Shown here piece by piece: positions 28,352 to 37,972 of a stretch of DNA of 64,000 nt. The DNA comes from Spirochaetia bacterium. Lineage in GTDB: Bacteria > Spirochaetota > Spirochaetia > SZUA-6 > Bin103. Below the pieces are notes generated by a model. It worked only from the letters and a program-made list of their open reading frames with translations, ran no database searches and had not been told where the DNA came from. How positions within the stretch are numbered: position 1 is the stretch's first letter; the number at the start of each line of letters is the position of its first letter. The DNA is taken from positions 4,320,001 to 4,384,000 of the forward strand of contig CBDBDQ010000005.1 in assembly GCA_965203905.1 (NCBI GenBank), given 5' to 3'. The position numbers and the translations under genes were made by a program.

Positions 28352-29584
28352 GTGGGTCCCGGAGCGCTGCTGCTCGCCGCGTTGACGGCGGTGGCGAGCA
28401 ACCGCTTTCGTACCGTCCTGGCCCTGCTCGGCATCACTATCGGAATCGGCGCGGTGATCGCCATCGTGGGACTCGGCGACGGCGCCAAGCTGGTGGTGCG
28501 CGACTCCATCTCCCGGTTCGGTGCCGGCTCGCTGATGGTGCTGCCCAACTACCAGGTGATCGAGGCGAGTGACGGGCGCTACGACTGGCCGTCGGTGACG
28601 CGCGAGGACATCGCCCGGATCAACGCGCAGGCGGACGCGGTGCGGGCGGTGACCCCGGAGACAACCTGGAGCGGGGTCTCCGCGCGCCACTCGGGCCGCA
28701 CCCGCGAAGTGGAGATCTTCGGAACCCTGCACCACTACCTGCGGGTGAACTCGTCGACCCGCCTGGCGCAGGGACGGTTCCTGCATCCCGAGGATGACCG
28801 GCTGCAGCGCAAGGTGGCGGTGCTCGGCGCGGAGGTTGCCGCCGACCTGTTCCCGGATGACACGGCGCTCGGCGCGCTGATCTCGATCGACAACTGGCTG
28901 GAGCTGGAGGTGATCGGAGTCCTCGCTCCGGAAGAGGACACGTTGCTCCAGGTCGGCGCCGAGATGACCGTCGACGACCGCGTCTTCGTGCCGATCGCAA
29001 CGCTGCAGCGCGTCTCCGACTTCGAGTGGGTGTCGATCCTGTGGGGCGAGGCCAACAGCCTGCGCGAGGTGGAGACCGCCAAGCAGCAGATCCTCGCGAT
29101 CCTGGACGCCAACCACGGCCGTTTCGACGGCGTCCATCACAAGTTCGTGGTGCACGACTGGGCGCAGTTGCTTTCCACCATCGAGTCCACCATCGGCACG
29201 GTTACCGCGCTGGTCTCGATCCTGGGGATCATCGCGCTGGTGGTGGCCGGCATCGGCGTGATGAACATCATGCTGGTGTCGGTACGCGAACGCACCCGCG
29301 AGATAGGCACCCGCAAGGCGCTGGGCGCGCAGCCGGCGGCGATCCTCAACCAGTTCATGGTGGAGGCGGCGCTGGTGTGCGGCGGCGGCGGGCTGGCGGG
29401 GGTCGGCCTGGCGGCGGTCGTCATCGCCGTCGTCGCCGAGGTCACCGGGTGGCCGCGCCTCATTGCTCCGTCCACGGTGCGGCTGGCGTTGCTGCTGGCG
29501 CTCGGCACCGGCCTGGTGTTCGGCCTGCTCCCGGCCAGCCGCGCCGCCCGCCTGCCCCCGGTCGAGGCCCTGCGCCACGAGTAG
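28352..29584 (+). CDS. ABC permease (MacB_PCD/FtsX), second copy
   Basis: 'NRFRTVLALLGITIG', 'GVMNIMLVSVRERTREIGTRKALGA', 'PVEALRHE'. Confidence 0.92.
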   Translation: MGPGALLLAALTAVASNRFRTVLALLGITIGIGAVIAIVGLGDGAKLVVRDSISRFGAGSLMVLPNYQVIEASDGRYDWPSVTREDIARINAQADAVRAVTPETTWSGVSARHSGRTREVEIFGTLHHYLRVNSSTRLAQGRFLHPEDDRLQRKVAVLGAEVAADLFPDDTALGALISIDNWLELEVIGVLAPEEDTLLQVGAEMTVDDRVFVPIATLQRVSDFEWVSILWGEANSLREVETAKQQILAILDANHGRFDGVHHKFVVHDWAQLLSTIESTIGTVTALVSILGIIALVVAGIGVMNIMLVSVRERTREIGTRKALGAQPAAILNQFMVEAALVCGGGGLAGVGLAAVVIAVVAEVTGWPRLIAPSTVRLALLLALGTGLVFGLLPASRAARLPPVEALRHE

Positions 29585-29611
29585 CGTGAGCCTCGCGCTG
29601 CCTGCGCCTCT

Positions 29612-30403
29612 TCAGATGGTGGTGAAGCCGCCGTCCACCATCAGGTTGTGGCCCGTTACGTAGGCGGACGCGTCCGAGGCCAGGAACACCACGGCGCCCT
29701 TCAGGTCCTCGTTGTGCATCAAGCGGCCCAGCGGTACCCGCTTGCGGTAGTTGGCCACGAACGGCTCCGGCTGGTCCGCGGCATAGCCGCCGGGAGAGAT
29801 GCAGTTCACCCGCACGCCCGCCTTGCCGTAGTAGTTGGCGACGTAGCGGGTGAAGTTGATCATCCCGGCCTTGACGAAGTTGTAGGTCGGGGCCGGCGTC
29901 ATGTCGGTGCCCTCGTACAGTGAAGGGTCGTTGCCGACCACGCCGTAGATGCTGGCGATGTTGATGATGCTGCCGCCCCCGGCCGCGGCCATCGAGCCCA
30001 CGAACGCCTTGCTGATGGCGTACAGCCCCACCATGTCCCCGGCCGCCGAGCGGCGCCAGTGATCGATGGTCTGGGTCTCGAAGCTGCCGTTGTTCGCATC
30101 ACGCACCAGGGCGCTGTTGACCAGCACCTCGACGCGGCCGAAGCGTTCCAGCACCTCGCGGTGAAAGCGTGCAATCGCATCGGCGTCGCCGATGTCGAAC
30201 TGCATGCCGTGGACCTCCGCGCCGGTGCGCGCGGCCAGCGTCGCCGCGAACTCCCGGTTGCGGGCCAACGATCGCGAGGCGGTGATCACGCGGGCGCCCG
30301 CCTCCGCCAGCGCCTCGGCGATGCTGCTGCCGAACAGCGGGCCGGCTCCGGCGGTCACCACGGCGGTCTTGCCGGCCAACGAGAACCTCTCGAGTATCCC
30401 CAT
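29612..30403 (-). CDS. SDR family oxidoreductase
   Basis: 'FSLAGKTAVVTAGAGPLFG', 'LVNSA', 'INIASIYG', YxxxK 'YNFVK', 'GHNLMVDGG'. Confidence 0.9.
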   Translation of the reverse strand: MGILERFSLAGKTAVVTAGAGPLFGSSIAEALAEAGARVITASRSLARNREFAATLAARTGAEVHGMQFDIGDADAIARFHREVLERFGRVEVLVNSALVRDANNGSFETQTIDHWRRSAAGDMVGLYAISKAFVGSMAAAGGGSIINIASIYGVVGNDPSLYEGTDMTPAPTYNFVKAGMINFTRYVANYYGKAGVRVNCISPGGYAADQPEPFVANYRKRVPLGRLMHNEDLKGAVVFLASDASAYVTGHNLMVDGGFTTI

Positions 30404-30462
30404 GGCGTCAGGATGCGCGGTCCGCGGACATCCGGCAAGCGGCGCCCGCATCCCACTTCCGG

Positions 30463-32208
30463 TCAGGCGCCGCCGGCAGCCGCCGGGTGAGCCGCTGCGG
30501 CCACCTGCACGATGGCGTCCAGCTTGGCCCGTATCTCCGGGTCGATCTCCGCTTCCGGCACGTGTTCGGCCAACTCCGGCAAGGCGCCGTTGGCCGGCGG
30601 GTGCGGCTGTCCCAGCGCCGTGAAGTAGGCGTGGAACAGGGGCCGCAACACCTCGTCGCTGGCGTCCAGGTCGGCGCTCCACGGTGAACCCGCGCCGCGC
30701 CGCTGCAGCGTCGACCGGATTTTGTCGATGGCGTGGCGCATGGCCAGCCGGCGCGTCTCTCCCTCCGCCGGCGAGAACAACGGACCCAGTTCGTCCGCCG
30801 CCACCGATGCCGCCGCATACGCTTCCAGCGTCGCCTGCGAGCACACGTAGTTGGCGAGCTGGCGCCGGCCCCAGCGCAGGGTGTGGAACTGCGGGGGGTC
30901 CTCCTCGCCGCCGGCTCCGCGCTCGAACAGGGCGACGGCATGCACCTCCGGATGGGCCTCCCGCAACCCCAGGAAATGGCGCCTGGCGGCTGCGGGCTGG
31001 TGGGCCACGTAGTGCACCAGCGGCCGCCGCAACGCCTCCATGGCGGCTGCGTGGCCAATGCGCCGCGCCAGCGTGCGCAACACCGCCAGCTCGGCGGCGT
31101 TCCCCAGGTAGAGTGCCCAGCCGGTCTCGTGGGCCTGGGCATAGTGCTCGAATCCGATCTCGCGCAACGCCTTCAGGACCTGGCTGCCGCGGTCGTCCAC
31201 CCGGTGCGGCCGGCCGACGAAGGCGACCACGGTGTCCCGGTCCACGGCTTCATGCAGCAGCACCTCGGAGTGGCTGGCCACGACGATCTGGCTGCCGTTG
31301 GCGTTGGCCACCTCGCGCAGCAGGTGGTAGGTCTGACGCTGGCGCAGGACTTCGAGGTGGGCGTCGGGCTCGTCCAGCAGCAGCACGGCGCCCGGGTTGG
31401 CGTACAGGTAGGCCAGCAACAGCAGCGTCTGCTGCAACCCGCGCCCGGCCGAGGAGAGGTCGAGGGTGCCGCCGCGCTCGCGGTACGCCATCACGATTTC
31501 GCCGCGTTCGACCAGGTAGCGGGGTGGCAGGAGCTGCACCCGGAACAGGAACTGCATACGGCTGACGAGCTGCCGCCAGCGGTCTTCCGACGCCTCGTGG
31601 ATCTGGTAGCACAGGTTGCGCAGCACCTCCGCGGTGCGCCCCTCGCCGATGCGCACGTTGACCGCGCCGGAGTCGAGGCGGGTCTCGGTGGTCGCCAGAC
31701 CCGACAGCGGCGGCAGCAGGGCAACGCGCAGCCGCTGCGCCTGCTCCGGAATCTCCATCCGCGCACCGGCCTGGGCCGGGTCCAGGCGCAACGGCCGGCA
31801 GTAGAACGACTCCTCGTTGGCGTAATCGAACTCCAGACCGCAGCGCCAGGCGCGACCCCTGCTCATTCCATCGACGACGATCTCGATGCGGATGTTGCGG
31901 GTGCTGCGCTCGCCCGTGTCGCGGGCGCGTACGTCCCGCACCCGCAGATCGCGCCACAACAGGTTCGCCTCCGGTACCGGAAGCGTGACCAGATCGCGCC
32001 GATTCACGGTGATGCCGGGACGCACCTCCGGCATCTTCCCGTGGCGCTTCTCGTGCCAGCGCTTCAGCCCGACGTCCCACAGCGCGAGCGCCTGCAGCGC
32101 CGACGTCTTGCCCGAGTTGTTGGGGCCGATGAAGACCACCGGGTTGCCCAGCTCGATGACAACTTCGTCGAAGCGTTTGAAATTGCGAACGGTCAGTCTG
32201 GTCAGCAT
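30463..32208 (-). CDS. OLD-like ABC ATPase with a degenerate C-terminal TOPRIM domain
   Basis: 'MLTRLTVRNFKRF', GPNNSGKT, 'AGRGLQQ', 'LLLDEPD', 'ASHS'. C-domain 'LYLGNAAE...ALFER...RRQLANY'. Confidence 0.82.
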   Translation of the reverse strand: MLTRLTVRNFKRFDEVVIELGNPVVFIGPNNSGKTSALQALALWDVGLKRWHEKRHGKMPEVRPGITVNRRDLVTLPVPEANLLWRDLRVRDVRARDTGERSTRNIRIEIVVDGMSRGRAWRCGLEFDYANEESFYCRPLRLDPAQAGARMEIPEQAQRLRVALLPPLSGLATTETRLDSGAVNVRIGEGRTAEVLRNLCYQIHEASEDRWRQLVSRMQFLFRVQLLPPRYLVERGEIVMAYRERGGTLDLSSAGRGLQQTLLLLAYLYANPGAVLLLDEPDAHLEVLRQRQTYHLLREVANANGSQIVVASHSEVLLHEAVDRDTVVAFVGRPHRVDDRGSQVLKALREIGFEHYAQAHETGWALYLGNAAELAVLRTLARRIGHAAAMEALRRPLVHYVAHQPAAARRHFLGLREAHPEVHAVALFERGAGGEEDPPQFHTLRWGRRQLANYVCSQATLEAYAAASVAADELGPLFSPAEGETRRLAMRHAIDKIRSTLQRRGAGSPWSADLDASDEVLRPLFHAYFTALGQPHPPANGALPELAEHVPEAEIDPEIRAKLDAIVQVAAAAHPAAAGGA

Positions 32209-32387
32209 GAGGCGGCGCCGCGCGCGTGCCGACGAATCGTGCAGCCTGGCGCAGCCCGCGTCAACCGACCGGGTAAGTGGCGTGAGTGGCAGCGGCGGCC
32301 CACGCATCGACTCGCAGCACGCGCAGGTGAGCCGCCAAGCCCCCGCTCGGTGTCAGGCGTCGGTAACGGCCGGCTTACGTTGCTGCG

Positions 32388-33551
32388 TCAACGCGCTGCA
32401 GCCAGCGACTCGGGGGCCAGCTCGCCGATCGAGGTGCTCAACTCGTCGTCGCGGGCCGGCGTGGCGGCGCGGCGCCGGGGCACCGGGGTGTCGAACTGGT
32501 AGCCGGGATCCTGCTGCTGCCGGCGCCAGATGTCGCGCATCTCCCGCCAGGCGCCGATCAGGGTGCGCGGCTGCGGCATGTCGTCGGCGATCACCCGGTA
32601 CAGCTTCTTCAGGTTGTAGCACGGCACGCCGGCGTACATGTGATGCTCGGTATGCCAGTTCATCCGCCAGTAGAGGAAGGTAGAGATCGGGTCCAGGGTG
32701 ATCGAGCGGACGCACTTCCTGAAGTCGGGAACATTGTCGCGCAGGCCGCAGTGCATCGGAAGCCCGACGACCAGGGTCCAGCCCTTGAAGTAGAACCCCG
32801 TCAACGTCACCAGCACCGGCAGCAACCACCACTGGAAGACGATCGCGACGGCAATCACCGCGCCGTGGAACAGCAGCAGCAGCCGGGCCCAGTTGGTCGC
32901 CTTTTTCCGTTCTTCCGGCAGGTCGGCGAAGATGTCGTAGACCCAGGTCTCGTCCTGGGTCCCGAACGTGGACGACGTACGGAAGTCGCCGCGCGCGATC
33001 TTGATGGTGTGCAGCACCACCGGTATCAGGCCGCTGTGACCGCGCCACAGCATGAACCCGAACAACTGCGCAATGTCGATCAGCTTGAGCATCGGGTTCT
33101 GTGGCAGCACCAGTTCACGGTCGCCGTCGGGGTACAGGGTGTAGCGGTGATGGTAGGTGTGGCTCACCCCGTAGATGTGGTGATTGTTCCAACTGATCAG
33201 GCTGAACAGGCGCAGGAACGCACGATTCAGCCACTTGGTCCGGAACACGGTGCCGTGTCCCAGCTCATGGGTGGCGAGCCCCTTGAAGAACGCGCCTACG
33301 GTGCCGTGCACGACGAGCGCCAGCGCAAAGCCGAGCCAGATGCCGTTGGCGAACAGCAGGTAGGTGAGGGTGCCGGTAGCGAGGAACAGCAGCAGATGGC
33401 CGCCAGCCTGGAACCAGCCCTGCAGGTCGCTGCGCTGCATCAGCCGGCGCAGCGTGGCCGGTTCGACCGGGCACCGGTACCACTTGATTCGCAGACTGTT
33501 GCGCACCTCCGCCAGTGACCGTGGTTGCGCCGCGGGTTGAGCCGTACTCAT
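32388..33551 (-). CDS. Membrane fatty-acid desaturase family protein
   Basis: His boxes HELGH, HTYHH, HTEHH; SD GGAGG. Confidence 0.9.
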   Translation of the reverse strand: MSTAQPAAQPRSLAEVRNSLRIKWYRCPVEPATLRRLMQRSDLQGWFQAGGHLLLFLATGTLTYLLFANGIWLGFALALVVHGTVGAFFKGLATHELGHGTVFRTKWLNRAFLRLFSLISWNNHHIYGVSHTYHHRYTLYPDGDRELVLPQNPMLKLIDIAQLFGFMLWRGHSGLIPVVLHTIKIARGDFRTSSTFGTQDETWVYDIFADLPEERKKATNWARLLLLFHGAVIAVAIVFQWWLLPVLVTLTGFYFKGWTLVVGLPMHCGLRDNVPDFRKCVRSITLDPISTFLYWRMNWHTEHHMYAGVPCYNLKKLYRVIADDMPQPRTLIGAWREMRDIWRRQQQDPGYQFDTPVPRRRAATPARDDELSTSIGELAPESLAAAR

Positions 33552-33659
33552 CCGTTGTCCTCCCCGGTTTTCTTACCACCGGCGTGTCGAGCTGTCCAGG
33601 CACCGCGGAGTGCCGACCGCGGCGGTCGCGGCGTGCTATACTGAGCGAGGTGCCTGGCG

Positions 33660-34292
33660 ATGCCGCAACCTGAGCAGATCCTGCCGCTGTTCCCCCTCAA
33701 CGTGGTGCTGTTCCCGCGTGCGCCGCTGCCGCTGCACATCTTCGAAGAGCGCTACAAGCAGATGGTGGCGGCGGCACTCGAGGGCGAGGGCCTGTTCGGG
33801 GTGATCTGCGCCGATGGCGGAGGAGCCGCACGCACCGGCTGCTGCGCCAAGATCGTGAAGGTCGTCAAACGCTACGACGACGGCCGCATGGACATTCTGA
33901 CCGTCGGCGTGCGCCGCTTCCGCATCGCTCGGCTGCTGCGGGAAGAGTCCTATCTGCAGGCCCAGGTGCGCTACTTCGGGGACGACGCCGCGGACGACCT
34001 TCCCGAGCTCGTCGAGCGCTGCCTGCGGTTGTTTCACGACATCTACGACACCACGCCGGGCAATCTCCCCCACGCCGAGCTGGAGCGTTCCTCCGCCACC
34101 GTGGTTTCCTTCTACGTGGCCTACTTCAGCGACCTCGCCCTGAAGCAGAAGCAGCGGCTGCTGGAGCTTACCAACCCCGAGGCGCGCCTGCGCCAGGTCC
34201 ACGCCGCACTGCGGACGCGGCAGCGCGAACGGCGCGAGCGTCTGGAGCGGTCCCGACTGGTCCAGGGAAACGGGCACATACCTCCGGGCTGA
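33660..34292 (+). CDS. LON peptidase N-terminal substrate-binding domain protein
   Basis: 'LPLFPLNVVLFP..PLPLHIFEERYKQM', 'DDGRMDI', 'KQRLLE'; TGcTATACT upstream. Confidence 0.88.
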   Translation: MPQPEQILPLFPLNVVLFPRAPLPLHIFEERYKQMVAAALEGEGLFGVICADGGGAARTGCCAKIVKVVKRYDDGRMDILTVGVRRFRIARLLREESYLQAQVRYFGDDAADDLPELVERCLRLFHDIYDTTPGNLPHAELERSSATVVSFYVAYFSDLALKQKQRLLELTNPEARLRQVHAALRTRQRERRERLERSRLVQGNGHIPPG

Positions 34293-34364
34293 CACCGTCC
34301 TTGACCATGGAGTTGTGTCGCGCCGGTCAGGCACGCTACCCTGGACCGCAGGGGGAGGGGAGCG

Positions 34365-36812
34365 GTGCTGGACCAGGTCCTGGCAGACCTGCGGGCCGAT
34401 CCGCGTTTCATGGGCGCGGTCTATCATTGGCAGGTGCTGCCGGCGCAGAGTGCGCGTCCGGTGCCGTTTCCGCGCACCGTCGACCCCCGCCTGCGCGCCG
34501 CGTGCCGGCAGCGCGGAGTCACCACGCTCTACACCCACCAGGCGCGTTGCTACGAGCGGGCCCGTGCCGGCTGCAACGTGGTGCTGGTTACTCCCACCGC
34601 ATCCGGCAAGACGCTGGCCTACAACCTGCCGATCCTGCAGAGCTGTCTCGAGGATGACGCCGCGACCGCACTGTATCTGTTCCCCACCAAGGCCCTGGCC
34701 CAGGATCAGCGCCACGAGCTGAGCGCGATGCTGGAAGCCGCCCGCCTGGCGCTGCCGGCATTCACCTTCGACGGCGACACCCCCGCCTCGCTGCGCACCA
34801 CGGTGCGTGCGGAGGGCCGCCTGGTGATCACCAATCCCGACATGCTGCATACCGGCGTGCTGCCCAATCACCCCACGTGGGCGCGCTTCCTGCGCGCGCT
34901 GCGCTTCGTGGTGATCGACGAGCTGCACACCTACCGCGGCATCTTCGGCTCACACCTGACCAACGTGGTACGCCGCCTGCGCCGCGTGGCCGCGTTCTAC
35001 GGCGCGGGTCCTCGATTCCTCTGCTGCTCGGCAACCATCGGCAATCCGCGCCAGCTCGCGCAGCGCATCCTGGAGCAGGAGGTGGAACTGATCGACGACA
35101 ACGGCGCGCCGGCCGGAGAGCGCCACTTCGTGCTCTACAACCCGCCGCTGGTGGACCGCTCCCAGGGAATCCGCCGCAGCGTCGTGCTGGAGGCGCAGGC
35201 GGTCGCCACCCGCCTGCTGCTGCACGGTGTCAAGACCATCGTCTTCGCACGCTCGCGGGGGCGTACCGAGCTGATCGCCTCCTACATCCGCGAAGCGCTG
35301 GACGGTGCGCGTGATGACCGCGCCGGGCGCACTGCCGGCGGCTCCATCCGCGTGGCCGCCTATCGCGGCGGCTACCTGCCGCGGGAGCGGCGCGCCATCG
35401 AGCACGGTCTGCGGGCCGGCGAGCTGGCGGGGGTGGTCGCCACCACCGCCCTGGAGCTGGGCATCGACATCGGCGACCTGGACGCCTCGATCCTGGCCGG
35501 ATTCCCCGGCACCATCGCGGGGAGTTGGCAGCAGGCCGGACGCGCCGGGCGCCGCACCGGCACCTCGCTGTCGCTGCTGATCGCATCGGCGTCGCCGATC
35601 GACCAGTTCATCATCCGCCATCCGCAGTACTTCTTCGAGCGTTCGCCCGAGAGCGGCTGGGTCGATCCCGACAACATCTACGTCCTGTTGGATCAGCTCA
35701 AGTGCGCGCTGTTCGAGCTCCCATTCGCCGACACCGAACTGGCCGGCGCCGACACCGACCCGGTTGCGGAGCCGGGAGCGGCGCCGCCGCCGGCGTTCGG
35801 GCCCGAGGTGGACGCCCTGTTGCGCCACCTGGAGCAGAGCGGGACCGTGCGCCACGCGGCCGACCGCTGGTACTGGGCGGACCGTACCTACCCGGCCGAG
35901 CACGTTTCTCTGCGCACCTCCGGCGCCGCCAACGTGGTAATCGTCGAGCAACGCGCAGGGATCCGGCGCGCGATCGGGGAGATGGACCTGCCCTCCGCCA
36001 AGACCCTGCTCCACGACGGGGCGGTCTACCTGCACCGTGGCGCGCAGTACCTTGTCGACCGGCTCGACGTGGTCAACCGGCGCTGCTACGTGGAGCAGGC
36101 GGACGGCAACTACTTTACCGAAGCCGTCGTCCAGTCGGAATTGAGGATTCTGCAGCGCGACCTGGAGCGCGAGGCTGCCGGGCTGTACCTGCTGCTGGGG
36201 GACATCCTGGTGCGGCGCGAGGCCACGAAGTTCAAGAAACTGCGCTTCCGCACGCACGAGAACCTCGGTTACGGGGATATCGACCTGCCGCCGGAGGAGA
36301 TGCACACCCGGGCGCTGGTGCTGTGCTTCCCACCCGCCACCGCGGCCGGCGCCTGGCTGGCGCAATGCGGTGCGGCGCAGCGGTCGTTCATCGTCGACCG
36401 GCTGGGGGTGCTGGTGCGCAACGTGGCCCCGGTGTTCCTGCTGTGCGATCCGCACGACCTGGGGGTTGCAGCGCGGCTCCGGGATCCCGAGCTGGACTGT
36501 CCCGCGGTATACGTCTATGACGCCCATCCGGGAGGCTCCGGGCTCGCCGAGGGGCTGCATCAGCGGGTGGCGCAGGTGCTGGCCGGCTGCCGCGAACTGG
36601 TGGCCGCCTGCGAGTGCGTCGCGGGCTGCCCCTCCTGCATCGGGCCGCCGGCGGCGCACGCGCCGGGCGGCGAGGTGCCGGACCGGGGACCCGCCGTCGG
36701 CGGCTCCAGGCAGGAGCTGCTGGAGGCGCTGCAGCACCTGGCCCCGGCGCTTCAGCTCGAAGCCGCGGCTTCCGGGGAGGGTGCGACCGCGGCGGCGCGG
36801 GGACGGTCATGA
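34365..36812 (+). CDS. mrfA: DEAH-box helicase with DUF1998 Zn domain (MrfA/YprA/SftH/Hrq1 family)
   Basis: 'TPTASGKT', 'PTKALAQDQ', 'DELH', 'SATIGNP', 'QQAGRAGR', C-terminal 'CECVAGCPSC'. Confidence 0.88.
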   Translation: MLDQVLADLRADPRFMGAVYHWQVLPAQSARPVPFPRTVDPRLRAACRQRGVTTLYTHQARCYERARAGCNVVLVTPTASGKTLAYNLPILQSCLEDDAATALYLFPTKALAQDQRHELSAMLEAARLALPAFTFDGDTPASLRTTVRAEGRLVITNPDMLHTGVLPNHPTWARFLRALRFVVIDELHTYRGIFGSHLTNVVRRLRRVAAFYGAGPRFLCCSATIGNPRQLAQRILEQEVELIDDNGAPAGERHFVLYNPPLVDRSQGIRRSVVLEAQAVATRLLLHGVKTIVFARSRGRTELIASYIREALDGARDDRAGRTAGGSIRVAAYRGGYLPRERRAIEHGLRAGELAGVVATTALELGIDIGDLDASILAGFPGTIAGSWQQAGRAGRRTGTSLSLLIASASPIDQFIIRHPQYFFERSPESGWVDPDNIYVLLDQLKCALFELPFADTELAGADTDPVAEPGAAPPPAFGPEVDALLRHLEQSGTVRHAADRWYWADRTYPAEHVSLRTSGAANVVIVEQRAGIRRAIGEMDLPSAKTLLHDGAVYLHRGAQYLVDRLDVVNRRCYVEQADGNYFTEAVVQSELRILQRDLEREAAGLYLLLGDILVRREATKFKKLRFRTHENLGYGDIDLPPEEMHTRALVLCFPPATAAGAWLAQCGAAQRSFIVDRLGVLVRNVAPVFLLCDPHDLGVAARLRDPELDCPAVYVYDAHPGGSGLAEGLHQRVAQVLAGCRELVAACECVAGCPSCIGPPAAHAPGGEVPDRGPAVGGSRQELLEALQHLAPALQLEAAASGEGATAAARGRS

Positions 36813-37972
36813 GACGGCCACTGGGAGAGCGGCTCGACGTCGCGGCCGCCGCCGGCGGCCTGGCGGCGGCCCCGCCGCTGCCCGCGGCACCGGCCCCGGC
36901 GCCACGCCTCGCCGGTCAACTGGAGCACGCCGGCTGGCGCGCCGTGGCACCCTTCGTGTACTGCCGGGACAGCGACGTGCCGAGCCCGATCGGGTTGGCG
37001 GCCGGGCGTCTGCAGGGCCATCTGCTGCCGGACGCGTGCGAGTTGCAGCAGTGCCTGTTCTGGGATACCGAAACCACCGGTCTGGCGGGGGCCGGCACGG
37101 TCATCTTCCTGGTGGGACTCGGTTGGCTGGAGGGTGCACGGCTGCGCTTTCGCCAGGTGTTCCTGACCGACTTCCCCGGTGAGCGCGCCTTCCTGGAGTA
37201 CATCCGCGACATCATCTCGCGTTACGAGGTGTTCGTGTCCTACAACGGCAAGGCATTCGACTCCACCATCCTCAAGACCCGGCTGGTGCTCTCCGGCATG
37301 ACCATGGCGTTCGGTTACCAGCTCGACCTGCTGTACCTGGCGCGGCGCTTCTGGCGGCGCGTGGCCGACAACTGCCGCCTGGCCACCATCGAACGCCAGG
37401 TGCTGGGACTGGAACGCACCGGCGACGTACCCGGCTGGATGGTGCCGGAGATCTACTTCGACAGCCTGCGCCGCGGCGTGTTGGGCGAGTTGCCGGTGGT
37501 GTTCCGGCACAACCAGGAGGATGTCGTCACCCTGGCGCGGCTGCTGGCGGTGGTCGGGCAGATCCTGAGGTGCGGGCCGGAGGAAGATCGTCCGGTGCCC
37601 GTTGATCTGACCGCCGTCGGTGCCTTTCTGCTGCAGCGCGGCGACGGCGCCGGCATTGCCCTGCTGCGCCGGGCGTACGCCGCCGGCGACGCGGAGGCGG
37701 GCCGCTTGCTGAGTCTGCACCTCAAGCGCGGCGGCGCATGGTCCGACGCGGTGGCCCTGTGGGAGGACATGCGGCTGGTCCACGGCAGCTGCTTCGCGGC
37801 GGTGGAGTTGAGCAAGTTCTACGAGCACCGGGCGCGCGACCCGGCGGCGGCGCTGGACTGCATCGCGCCGTTTCGCGGCGAACCGGCCGATCCGGACCTG
37901 GAGCATCGCGAGGCACGGCTTCGCGCCAAGCTGGAGCGCTGCGCTGAACGGGGCGTGACTCAGGCGCGGTAG
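36809..37972 (+). CDS. mrfB: RNase H-like DEDD exonuclease with TPR C-terminus (MrfB/YprB)
   Basis: 'WDTETTGL', 'YNGKAFD', 'HNQEDV', 'ELSKFYEH'; ATGA-coupled to the helicase. Confidence 0.85.
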   Translation: MRRPLGERLDVAAAAGGLAAAPPLPAAPAPAPRLAGQLEHAGWRAVAPFVYCRDSDVPSPIGLAAGRLQGHLLPDACELQQCLFWDTETTGLAGAGTVIFLVGLGWLEGARLRFRQVFLTDFPGERAFLEYIRDIISRYEVFVSYNGKAFDSTILKTRLVLSGMTMAFGYQLDLLYLARRFWRRVADNCRLATIERQVLGLERTGDVPGWMVPEIYFDSLRRGVLGELPVVFRHNQEDVVTLARLLAVVGQILRCGPEEDRPVPVDLTAVGAFLLQRGDGAGIALLRRAYAAGDAEAGRLLSLHLKRGGAWSDAVALWEDMRLVHGSCFAAVELSKFYEHRARDPAAALDCIAPFRGEPADPDLEHREARLRAKLERCAERGVTQAR

